Source: Vicinamibacteria bacterium
GTDB taxonomy: Bacteria; Acidobacteriota; Vicinamibacteria; Marinacidobacterales; Marinacidobacteraceae
NCBI GenBank assembly: GCA_963422395.1
Contig: OY729431.1
Coordinates: 2,496,001-2,560,000, forward strand
DNA length: 64,000 bases
Direction of reading: 5' to 3'
A program made the position numbers and the translations under genes. Of this stretch, positions 31,334-39,686 are shown piece by piece (position 1 is the stretch's first letter; the number at the start of each line of letters is the position of its first letter). Under the pieces are notes generated by a model. The model was not told the DNA's origin, ran no database searches, and saw only the letters and a list, made by a program, of their open reading frames with translations.

Positions 31334-33586
31334 ATGCCTTCTCGATCTGATCACTATTTCGCGCACAGCGCCCCCTCCGAAAACCCGTCCTCGTGGCACC
31401 GGCTGGACGACCACCTCCGGCACACCGGAGACCGCGCCGCCGGCTTCCTCGAACGGGTCGGGCTCGCCCACTTCGGTCGGGCCGCCGGGCTCCTCCATGA
31501 CCTCGGCAAGTACACCGAGAAGTTCCAGCAGAGGCTCCGCGGCGGCCCGCGCGTGAATCATTCGACAGCCGGAGCCAAAATCGCGTGCGAACGCTATCCA
31601 GGCATCATCGGAAAAATGCTGGCATTCGGTGTTGCCGGCCATCACGCGGGACTTGCGAATGGTGTGAACGGCGAGAAAATCACTGCCCTCGCCGATCGGT
31701 TGCGCGAAAACACCCCCGAACTCGACCCGTTATGGAGCCAGGAAATACAACTCCCGCCGCTTGGTCCACCGCAGATCCAGAGCCGCAGTCGGGAGAACGC
31801 CGGATTTTCCGGGTCGTTCCTGATCCGCCTGCTGTTCTCGGCCCTGGTGGACGCAGACTATCTCGATACCGAGGCCTATTACGCAAGAATCGAGAAAACG
31901 AGTCCGAGTCGCGGAGGCCACCCCTCACTCGGAATACTTCGCGACCGCCTCGATGCCCACCTCGAAGGGCTCACCGCGCGGGCCTCGGCCAGCGAAGTGA
32001 ACGCGCTCCGCCGCGAAGTGCTGCACCACGCCAGAAAACGGGCAGTGGACACGCCCGGCCTCTTCACTCTCACGGTACCTACCGGCGGCGGCAAGACCCT
32101 CACTTCACTGTCGTTCGCCCTCCACCACGCCGTGCACCACGGGCTCGACCGGATCCTCTATGTCATCCCGTACATGAACATCATCGAACAGACGGCCGCT
32201 GTTTTCCGCGATGTCCTGCAAGACGACGAATCCGAGGGGCCGCACTTCGTGATCGAGCATCACAGCACCTTCGACGAGCAGCGAGTCGAGAAACGTTCCG
32301 GTAAAGAGAAACTCCGTCTCGCGATGGAGAATTGGGACGCTCCCATCGTGGTCACCACCGCCGTCCAGTTCTTCGAGAGCCTTTTCTCGAACCGCCCGTC
32401 CCGCTGCCGAAAACTGCACAACATCGCTGGCAGCGTCGTCGTCCTAGATGAGGCGCAGACTCTTCCCCTCGAATTCCTGCGCCCCTGCGTCGCCGCGATG
32501 GATGAGCTGGCGCGGAATTGGCGCGCCACCGTCGTCCTCTGCAGTGCCACGCAGCCGGCGCTGCGCGAGGAGAGCGGCTTCTGTGGCGGATTGCGCGAAG
32601 TGCGTGAACTCGCACCCCAACCGACTCGGCTCCAGCGAAGCCTAAAGCGAACTCGTATCCACCAAAAAGGCCCGATGGAGGACTCCGAGATCACCGAACG
32701 ATTGCGTGGAACGCCGCAGGCACTTTGCATCGTCAACACGCGGGCCCACGCACGGGCTCTGTACGAAGCAATCGAAGATCAGGATGGGGCCACGCACCTC
32801 ACCACTTCGATGTGCGCCCGTCACCGTCGGGAGATTCTGGAAGAAGTCCGCTCCCGGCTGACGATCGGTGAACCGATTCGGTTGATCGCCACCTCACTGG
32901 TCGAAGCCGGGGTGGACCTGGATTTTCCGGTCGTTTGGCGTGAGGAAGCAGGCCTCGAATCCATCATCCAGGCGGCAGGACGATGCAATCGGGAAGGGAA
33001 AGCGCCGTCCGGAGATGTGATCGTGTTCCGTTCGCAAGCCGGTGGTCGAGGATTGCCCGAGATACGGAAGGCCGCAGACGCTGCGCGCCAGGTCCTCCGG
33101 AAGCACCAGGATCCCATGTCTCTGCCCGCCATCCAGGAGTATTTCCAGACGCGCTACTGGATCGAAGGAGATAATGCCTTGGACACCAAGGGGATCCTTC
33201 CCATGCTCCGTGAACGGAAAAGGAGTCTCGACTTTCCTTTCGAAACGATCTCTCGTGCGTTCTGCCTGATCGAAACACCCATGGCCCCGGTGATCGTCCC
33301 CTACAGAGGCCGAGAGGGGAAAGACAGAACCGCAGACCGCCTGATCGCCGCTCTCGAGCATGAAGAGCGCCCCGGCTGGCTGGCGCGTAGTCTGCAGCCG
33401 TACACGGTCCCCGTTCCGCTGCTCGGCCGGAAATCTCTACTGGACTCCAGGGCCGCCCGGATCATCCGGGAGGCCGATTTCGACGAACAGTTCGTCGTCC
33501 TCGACAACCGAGACATCTATCGGGCGGACATCGGCCTCACCTGGGACGATCCAAGCTTTCACAGCGTCGAGGGGCTGATCTGTTGA
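31334..33586 (+). CDS. cas3: Cas3 HD nuclease-helicase (type I-C)
   Basis: YFAHS..WHRLDDHL, LLHDLGKY, SALVDADYLDT, PTGGGKT, DEAQ, IQAAGRCNREG. Confidence 0.97.
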   Translation: MPSRSDHYFAHSAPSENPSSWHRLDDHLRHTGDRAAGFLERVGLAHFGRAAGLLHDLGKYTEKFQQRLRGGPRVNHSTAGAKIACERYPGIIGKMLAFGVAGHHAGLANGVNGEKITALADRLRENTPELDPLWSQEIQLPPLGPPQIQSRSRENAGFSGSFLIRLLFSALVDADYLDTEAYYARIEKTSPSRGGHPSLGILRDRLDAHLEGLTARASASEVNALRREVLHHARKRAVDTPGLFTLTVPTGGGKTLTSLSFALHHAVHHGLDRILYVIPYMNIIEQTAAVFRDVLQDDESEGPHFVIEHHSTFDEQRVEKRSGKEKLRLAMENWDAPIVVTTAVQFFESLFSNRPSRCRKLHNIAGSVVVLDEAQTLPLEFLRPCVAAMDELARNWRATVVLCSATQPALREESGFCGGLREVRELAPQPTRLQRSLKRTRIHQKGPMEDSEITERLRGTPQALCIVNTRAHARALYEAIEDQDGATHLTTSMCARHRREILEEVRSRLTIGEPIRLIATSLVEAGVDLDFPVVWREEAGLESIIQAAGRCNREGKAPSGDVIVFRSQAGGRGLPEIRKAADAARQVLRKHQDPMSLPAIQEYFQTRYWIEGDNALDTKGILPMLRERKRSLDFPFETISRAFCLIETPMAPVIVPYRGREGKDRTADRLIAALEHEERPGWLARSLQPYTVPVPLLGRKSLLDSRAARIIREADFDEQFVVLDNRDIYRADIGLTWDDPSFHSVEGLIC

Positions 33587-33723
33587 ACCGGCAGGGATCC
33601 GTTCCAACGCAGCGAGGTGGAGTTGCGGCTTCCCCGGAGACCTCCTGGAATTCGGGTTCCTCACCATGCGAACGAAAAGAGCCATCCTTCCCAGCCATGA
33701 CGGGGGCCACCCGCTCCCAACGA

Positions 33724-33805
33724 GTCGCAGCACGGGGACTGAAACGGATGGCGAGTACCGATGAGGACTGTCGTCCCCGGCTCGCCCGGGGACTCGGATC
33801 GACGG
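33724..33805 (+). ncRNA. Putative crRNA-like regulatory mini-array (degenerate repeat, 24-nt spacer, degenerate repeat)
   Basis: 33724-33745 GTCGCAGCACGGGGACTGAAAC keeps 9 of 11 nt of the repeat 3' handle. 33770-33805 GTCGTCCCCGG-CTCGC-CCGGGGACTCGGATCGAC keeps the GTC start, a stem with compensatory changes and a CGGAT tail. Confidence 0.55.
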
Positions 33806-33834
33806 AGAGTACAGAAGTTCGGGGGAGGAAGACG

Positions 33835-34030
33835 ATGCCCGACTCCACTCATGAATGGCCGGAAAGTCCTTCGGACTCTGGAGCGCCAAGGATTCGAATG
33901 CGTGCGCCGGCGGGGAAGCCACCGCATCCTTCGAACCTCTGCCAGAGGCAGCGAACGGGTGACAGTCGCCGGGAAATAAGGCGACGAGCTACGGAAGGGA
34001 ACCCCGGTGGCGGTCTCCTTCGACCTGCTA
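33835..34030 (+). pseudogene. HicA-family toxin pseudogene
   Basis: GGAGG RBS and ATG 33835 out of frame with MNGRKVLRTLERQGFECVRRRGSHRIL..VTVAGK*GDELRKGT (HicA GSH and KGT motifs; in-frame TAA at 33977-33979). Confidence 0.75.
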
Positions 34031-34130
34031 CCACCAAGAGAGCTTTCCACTGCCGCCGCCTCGACTGCAGCGTACCGGGAACGACCCCGGAGCGGCTGAT
34101 GCGGGGCGGACTTCTCGCCGGGGCGGCCTG

Positions 34131-34802
34131 ATGTCGTACGGAGCAAGACTCCATGTGTGGGGCGATTACGCATGTTTCACTCGCCCCGAGATGAAGGCCG
34201 AGCGCGTCTCCTACGACGTCATGACACCGTCGGCAGCGCGTGGAATTCTGGAAGCGATCCATTGGAAGCCGGCGATCCGGTGGATCGTGGATCGGATCCA
34301 GGTGTTGAAACGGATCCGGTTCGAAACGATTCGAAGAAACGAACTCGGAAGCAAGATTCCGGCAGGAAACATCAGCGTCGCGATGCAGCGCGGCGACACC
34401 GGAGGTCTCGCCGTCTCGATCGAAAGCGACCGGCAGCAGCGCGCCGCCACCGTACTGCGCGATGTCGCTTATCTCATCGAAGCGCACTTCATCCTCACAC
34501 CCGTTGCAAACCCAGACGATACTCCGGCGAAACACGCCGCGATGTTCCACCGGCGCGCCGCTCGAGGGCAGTGCTTCCACCGACCGTATCTGGGGACCCG
34601 CGAGTTCCCGGCCCACTTCGCCCCGGTCCCGGATCCGCCGCCATCATCCTCCCTACCGACCGATCAGTGTGATCGTGATCTAGGCTGGATGCTGCACGAC
34701 CTCGACTACGCGAATGCCGCGTCGCCCAGATTCTTCCGCGCAACGCTCCGGAATGGCGTGGTGCATGTCCCGCCGCTTGATTCAGAGGAGGTCAAGGGAT
34801 GA
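34131..34802 (+). CDS. cas5: Cas5c (Cas5d)
   Basis: VWGDYACFTRPEMKAERVSYDVMTPSAARG, RRNE, GQCFHRPYLGTREF, DLGWMLHD. Confidence 0.97.
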   Translation: MSYGARLHVWGDYACFTRPEMKAERVSYDVMTPSAARGILEAIHWKPAIRWIVDRIQVLKRIRFETIRRNELGSKIPAGNISVAMQRGDTGGLAVSIESDRQQRAATVLRDVAYLIEAHFILTPVANPDDTPAKHAAMFHRRAARGQCFHRPYLGTREFPAHFAPVPDPPPSSSLPTDQCDRDLGWMLHDLDYANAASPRFFRATLRNGVVHVPPLDSEEVKG

Positions 34803-36568
34803 GCATCCTCCAAGCACTCATCCAGCGCTATGAGCGACAGGCAGCACGCGACCAGGCGCCGAAGTACGGCTTTTCGGAGCAGAAAATTTCCTATGCAATA
34901 GTAATCGATCGGAGCGGTCAGGCCATCGACACGATCGATCTGAGGGATACGAGCGGGAAGAAGCCGCGGCCCAGCAAACGCGAAGTGCCGAATCCCGTAG
35001 TCCGTACCGCCAAAATCCAACCCCAATTCCTGTGGGACAAGACTGCCTATGCCCTTGGAGTCAAGAAAGCCCAAACAGGTTCCGCAGTCCCCGCCGAACG
35101 GGGAGAGTACGATGCTTTCGTTTCCTGCCATCGGAAACTCCTCTCCTGTTCCGAAGATGATGGGCTCCAGGCATTTCTCGCCTTCCTCGATAACTGGCGG
35201 CCCGATCGCTACAGTGACCTCCGGAACAGCGACGACATGTTGGACACCAATGTCGTTTTTCGTTTCGAAGCCGATTCCAAATCGTTCTTGCACGACCGCC
35301 CGGCGGCGCGGGAAATCTGGGTGCGACTTCTGACAGGAAACGAGACCGAGCGACATCTGTGCCTGGTGACCGGCGAGCAACTCTCGATAGCCCGGGTGCA
35401 CTCCAAGATCAAGGGTGTCCGGGGCGCCCAGACTTCCGGGGCATCGATCGTCTCCTTCAACCAGAAGGCATTCAATTCTTTCGGAAAGGAACAGGGCGGG
35501 AACGCGCCGATCTCGGATCGCGCTGCTTTCGCATACACCACCTCACTGAACTCCCTTCTCGCCCGAGGCAGCCGCAATCGAATCCAGATCGGCGATACGA
35601 CGACTGTGTTCTGGGCAGACTCCGGAGACGATCCAGAGAGTGCCGAAGCCGCCGATAGCCTGTTCTCTGCGCTCATGGGCGCGCCGCCGACCGACGAAGA
35701 AGAGGCAGCAGTGGTCCGGGACAAAGTCGAAAAATTTCAAGCCGGGCGTCCGGTCGAATCTGTCGAGCCGGGCGTTCAGGAGGACACGCGCTTCTTCGTT
35801 CTTGGTCTCGCACCCAATGCGGCGCGCCTTTCCGTCCGATTCTGGCATGAAGACACGATCGGCCGCATGGGAGAACGGCTTCGAGAGCACTGGGGCGATC
35901 TTCATATCGAACCGGTCCCTTGGCACACGCCCCCGGATGCTTGGCGGCTCCTGCGCGAGACCGCCATTCAGGGCAAGTCGGAGAAAATACCGCCAGTGCT
36001 CAGCGGCACGCTCATGAGCGCGATCCTCCGGGGCAGCAGATACCCTCGATCGTTGTTGGCCAATGTATTGCTGCGGATGCGCTCCGACGGCAACATCAAT
36101 GGGTTGCGTGCTGCGATCTGCAAGGCATGTCTCGCCCGCGACCATCGCTTCGGTCTCGAAGAGGAGGCACTCCCCGTGAGTCTAAACCCCGACGAAAAAA
36201 ACCCGGCCTATCGCCTCGGCAGACTGTTCGCCATCTATGAAGGCGTTCAGCAGGCCGCGATGGGACGACGGGTGAACGTGACGATCAAGGATCAGTTCTA
36301 CGGATCCGCGTCCGCCACCCCGGCCGCGGTCTTTCCGGTAATCAACCGGAAGGCCGCCCACCACCTCGGATCCCTTCGCAAGGACAAAGGGGGGTTGGCC
36401 GTCTGGTACGAACGACACCTGGACGCGGTATTCGATGGCTTCGAGACGGCGTTCCCGCGCAGCCTCGGGATCGAGGAACAGGGCCGCTTCACCATCGGCT
36501 ATTACCACCAGCGGGCAAGCCTCAAAGGGAAGCCCGCCAACGACAGCGTCGAGACGCCGGAGGAATGA
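34799..36568 (+). CDS. cas8c: Cas8c/Csd1
   Basis: [50 protein letters not shown]. Confidence 0.96.
   Translation: MSILQALIQRYERQAARDQAPKYGFSEQKISYAIVIDRSGQAIDTIDLRDTSGKKPRPSKREVPNPVVRTAKIQPQFLWDKTAYALGVKKAQTGSAVPAERGEYDAFVSCHRKLLSCSEDDGLQAFLAFLDNWRPDRYSDLRNSDDMLDTNVVFRFEADSKSFLHDRPAAREIWVRLLTGNETERHLCLVTGEQLSIARVHSKIKGVRGAQTSGASIVSFNQKAFNSFGKEQGGNAPISDRAAFAYTTSLNSLLARGSRNRIQIGDTTTVFWADSGDDPESAEAADSLFSALMGAPPTDEEEAAVVRDKVEKFQAGRPVESVEPGVQEDTRFFVLGLAPNAARLSVRFWHEDTIGRMGERLREHWGDLHIEPVPWHTPPDAWRLLRETAIQGKSEKIPPVLSGTLMSAILRGSRYPRSLLANVLLRMRSDGNINGLRAAICKACLARDHRFGLEEEALPVSLNPDEKNPAYRLGRLFAIYEGVQQAAMGRRVNVTIKDQFYGSASATPAAVFPVINRKAAHHLGSLRKDKGGLAVWYERHLDAVFDGFETAFPRSLGIEEQGRFTIGYYHQRASLKGKPANDSVETPEE
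36176..36568 (+). CDS. cas11: Internally translated Cas11c small subunit, in frame within cas8c
   Basis: GAGGAGG at 36161-36167 then in-frame GTG at 36176 starting [19 protein letters not shown]; internal Cas11 initiation is established for type I-C. Confidence 0.75.
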   Translation: MSLNPDEKNPAYRLGRLFAIYEGVQQAAMGRRVNVTIKDQFYGSASATPAAVFPVINRKAAHHLGSLRKDKGGLAVWYERHLDAVFDGFETAFPRSLGIEEQGRFTIGYYHQRASLKGKPANDSVETPEE

Positions 36569-37509
36569 ACATCATGTCAGCAATCCGTAACCGATACGAT
36601 TTCGTGTATCTGTTCGACATCTCCAACGGAAACCCCAACGGAGATCCCGATGCCGGAAACCTGCCCCGGCTCGATCCAGAAACCAACCAGGGTCTCGTCA
36701 CCGATGTGTGCCTCAAGCGAAAGATTCGAAATTTCGTCACGATGACGAAGGGGGGCGAACCACCGTATGGAATCTATATCGCCGAGCGTGCCGTGCTGGA
36801 GCGGCTGCAGCAGCGTGCCTGGGATGCGATCGTCCCGGACGCCAGCGACGAAGCTCGGAAAAAGTTGCCGAAAGACGAGGCAAAGGCGCGAAAACTGACC
36901 CGATGGATGTGCGACAATTTCTTCGATGTACGGACATTCGGCGCGGTGATGTCCACGAAGGGCGCCAACTGCGGCCAGGTCCGGGGGCCAGTCCAGTTCT
37001 CGTTCGGCCGATCCGTTGAACCGATCGTCCCGCTGGAGGTTTCGATCACCAGGATGGCGGCGACCACACAGAAGGACGCCGACGAGAAGGGCGATGTTCG
37101 CACGATGGGGCGCAAGTACATCGTGCCGTACGGTCTGTATCGCGCCCACGGCTTCGTCTCGGCATGCCTGGCCGGAAACGGTGCCGGGGGAACCGGCTTC
37201 TCGCAAGAAGACCTGGATCTGGTGTGGACCGCCCTCGAACAGATGTTCGATCACGACCGCTCCGCGGCAAGGGGCGAGATGACAGCCCGCCGTCTCATCA
37301 TATTCCGCCACGAGAGCACGCTCGGCAACACCGCCGCCCACCGACTCTTCGACCGCGTCCGGGTTTCGCGGATCCACGAGGAGCAGGAAGCCTCCCTCGG
37401 TGCACCTGCTTCACGGAGCCTGCCCCCGGCACGGTCGTACTCCGATTACTCCGTTGTCGTGGATGCCGAAAACCTTCCTGAAGGGATCACGATCCTGGAT
37501 CGGATCTGA
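36565..37509 (+). CDS. cas7: Cas7/Csd2
   Basis: [52 protein letters not shown]. Confidence 0.97.
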   Translation: MNIMSAIRNRYDFVYLFDISNGNPNGDPDAGNLPRLDPETNQGLVTDVCLKRKIRNFVTMTKGGEPPYGIYIAERAVLERLQQRAWDAIVPDASDEARKKLPKDEAKARKLTRWMCDNFFDVRTFGAVMSTKGANCGQVRGPVQFSFGRSVEPIVPLEVSITRMAATTQKDADEKGDVRTMGRKYIVPYGLYRAHGFVSACLAGNGAGGTGFSQEDLDLVWTALEQMFDHDRSAARGEMTARRLIIFRHESTLGNTAAHRLFDRVRVSRIHEEQEASLGAPASRSLPPARSYSDYSVVVDAENLPEGITILDRI

Positions 37510-38159
37510 TGTGCGGCGAGGACACCGATGCCGCGGCGCCCATCTCCGAGAACGAACTCGTCCCGATTTCCGCTCTTCAACACCTGCTCTACTGTCCCCG
37601 GCAGTGCGCGCTGATCCATGTCGAGCGCCTGTGGATGGAGAATCGATTCACCGCCGAGGGTCGCATCCTCCACAACAAGGTCGAAAAAGCCGCTTCGGAT
37701 CGCCGTTTCGGCGTCCAAACCGAGCGCAGCGTTCCCCTGCGATCCTGGCGCCTCGGCGTCTTCGGGATCGCCGATGTGGTTGAAGTTCACGACGATGGGT
37801 GCGTATTTCTCGTGGAGTACAAGCGAGGCCGTCCCAAGCAGCATCGCGCCGATGAAGTGCAACTCTGTGCACAGGCGATCTGTCTCGAAGAGATGCTGGA
37901 TCGACAGATTCCCGGAGGTGCCTTGTTCTACGGCCGCACCCGCCGCCGGACGCCGGTCGTCTTCGATGCGGCACTCCGAGGCCTCACCGAGCGCACAGCC
38001 AGGGGCGCCCGAAAAATGATCGCAACCGGGGTCACGCCCGCTCCGATCTATGAATCCTGGAAGTGCGAACCTTGTTCGCTGAAGGTCGTCTGTAAGCCCG
38101 AAAAAATGCAGCAGACCGCCACAGTCGAATCGTGGCTGGAGGAAGCGCTCGCTGACTGA
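37509..38159 (+). CDS. cas4: Cas4
   Basis: ISALQHLLYCPRQCAL, GIADVVE, VEYKRG, QLCAQAICLEEM, C-terminal CxxCSLxxxC. Confidence 0.96.
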   Translation: MCGEDTDAAAPISENELVPISALQHLLYCPRQCALIHVERLWMENRFTAEGRILHNKVEKAASDRRFGVQTERSVPLRSWRLGVFGIADVVEVHDDGCVFLVEYKRGRPKQHRADEVQLCAQAICLEEMLDRQIPGGALFYGRTRRRTPVVFDAALRGLTERTARGARKMIATGVTPAPIYESWKCEPCSLKVVCKPEKMQQTATVESWLEEALAD

Positions 38160-38167
38160 GCACCACA

Positions 38168-39208
38168 GTGCGCCGCCATCTGAACACGCTCTATGTCACG
38201 ACCGAAGGGGCGATGCTCCACAAGGACGGAGAGAACGTCGTCGTTCGCGTCGAACGGGAAGAACGATGTCGCGTACCGTTTCACATCGTGGATGGGATCG
38301 TTTGTTTCGGCGCCGTCGGCGTCACCCCATCTCTGATCGCACACTGCGCGAAATTCGGGATAACCCTGTCTTTTCTGAGTTGGACTGGCCGATTCTCCGC
38401 TCGGGTCGAGGGGCCGGTATCGGGCAATGTGTTACTTCGACGCACTCAGTATCGGCGTGCCGACGACCCTGTAGGAACGGCCGCATTGGTGAGAAGTTTT
38501 CTGACTGGCAAACTGGTCAACCAGCGGGCTGTAATTCGGCGAGCCCTTCGTGACCATCGGTCGAAACTCACCGCGGACTTCGAACAACGACTGGTGACCT
38601 GCGAACGACGACTCACCGGCTCGATTCGGCGCGCATCGAAAGGCACCGATACAGATTCTCTGAGGGGAATCGAGGGAGAAGCGGCGCGCTCGTACTACGG
38701 CGTGTTCGAATGTCTGATTCTGCGCGACCGATCATCACTCACATTCGCTCGTCGCTCTCGCCGTCCGCCAATGGATCCGGTCAACGCATTGCTTTCCTTC
38801 CTCTACACACTGCTGGTCCACGACTGTCGCTCGGCACTCGAATCCGTGGGTCTCGATCCCGCAGTCGGCTATCTGCACCGTGATCGACCCGGACGACCAA
38901 GTCTCGCACTCGACCTGGTAGAGGAGCTCCGTCCAGTCATCGCCGACCGCCTTGCTCTGTCCATGATCAATCGGCGTCAAATTCTCCCGGGAGATTTCGA
39001 GACCGCAGTCAGCGGAGCGGTCAACATGAGCGAGAAAGCTCGCAAGGTATTACTCGTTGCCTACCAAGAACGCAAGCGTGACGAAATCACCCATCCATTC
39101 CTCGGTGAGAAGACCACTGTTGGACTCGTTCCATTCTTGCAAGCAACAATAATGGCACGCTGTCTGCGCGGAGATCTAGACGCTTATCCTCCCTTCCTCT
39201 GGAAGTAA
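38168..39208 (+). CDS. cas1: Cas1 (type I-C)
   Basis: LNTLYVTTEG, GNVLLRRTQY, LRGIEGEAA, NALLSFLY, SLALDLVEELR, YPPFLWK. Confidence 0.98.
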   Translation: MRRHLNTLYVTTEGAMLHKDGENVVVRVEREERCRVPFHIVDGIVCFGAVGVTPSLIAHCAKFGITLSFLSWTGRFSARVEGPVSGNVLLRRTQYRRADDPVGTAALVRSFLTGKLVNQRAVIRRALRDHRSKLTADFEQRLVTCERRLTGSIRRASKGTDTDSLRGIEGEAARSYYGVFECLILRDRSSLTFARRSRRPPMDPVNALLSFLYTLLVHDCRSALESVGLDPAVGYLHRDRPGRPSLALDLVEELRPVIADRLALSMINRRQILPGDFETAVSGAVNMSEKARKVLLVAYQERKRDEITHPFLGEKTTVGLVPFLQATIMARCLRGDLDAYPPFLWK

Positions 39209-39216
39209 TACAAATC

Positions 39217-39507
39217 ATGCTGATTCTGGTCACCTATGATGTTGCAACTCAGAGCAGCGAGGGGCGACGGCGCCTGCGCCGCATTGCTCGGCATTGCAAA
39301 AACTACGGGCAGCGCGTCCAGTATTCCGTCTTCGAATGTCTGGTGGACCCGGCTCAGTGGACCGCCCTTCGGGCGGCCCTCCTCGCCGAGATGGATCCTG
39401 CCGAAGACAGCCTTCGGTTCTACCGACTGGGGTCGAACTGGAGACCTCGGATCGAGCATGTGGGGGCCAAGCGATCCTACGACCCCGACGCCCCATTGGT
39501 GATGTGA
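39217..39507 (+). CDS. cas2: Cas2
   Basis: LVTYDV, GQRVQYSVFEC, DSLRFYRLG. Confidence 0.97.
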   Translation: MLILVTYDVATQSSEGRRRLRRIARHCKNYGQRVQYSVFECLVDPAQWTALRAALLAEMDPAEDSLRFYRLGSNWRPRIEHVGAKRSYDPDAPLVM

Positions 39508-39686
39508 TCGGTGCGAACCCGTAGCGGTAGCCACTGACCAAAGCTTTCGCACAATTCGAAAATCATTATATTTCAACGAATTAGACGAGCTATTCCACCC
39601 TGGTAATAGCTAGACTCCAACGGCTGGAGCAGGTTCGCACAAAGAGGCGGAATCTGCCAAGAGCCACCAGCAGATATATTCCTGCG
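39508..39686 (+). promoter_or_regulatory. CRISPR leader
   Basis: AT-richer non-coding stretch between cas2 and the first repeat, with the inverted motif GTGCGAACC...GGTTCGCAC seen in I-C leaders. Confidence 0.8.

Noticed and set aside
33679-33690. GCCATCC as a DNA target of the mini-array spacer
   Set aside because: Only 7 nt match and the flank on the protospacer strand is GAA, not TTC; more likely an intramolecular pairing.
33735-33800. Hammerhead-like CCGATGAG-stem near the mini-array
   Set aside because: CUGA is not intact and there is no GAAA after stem II.
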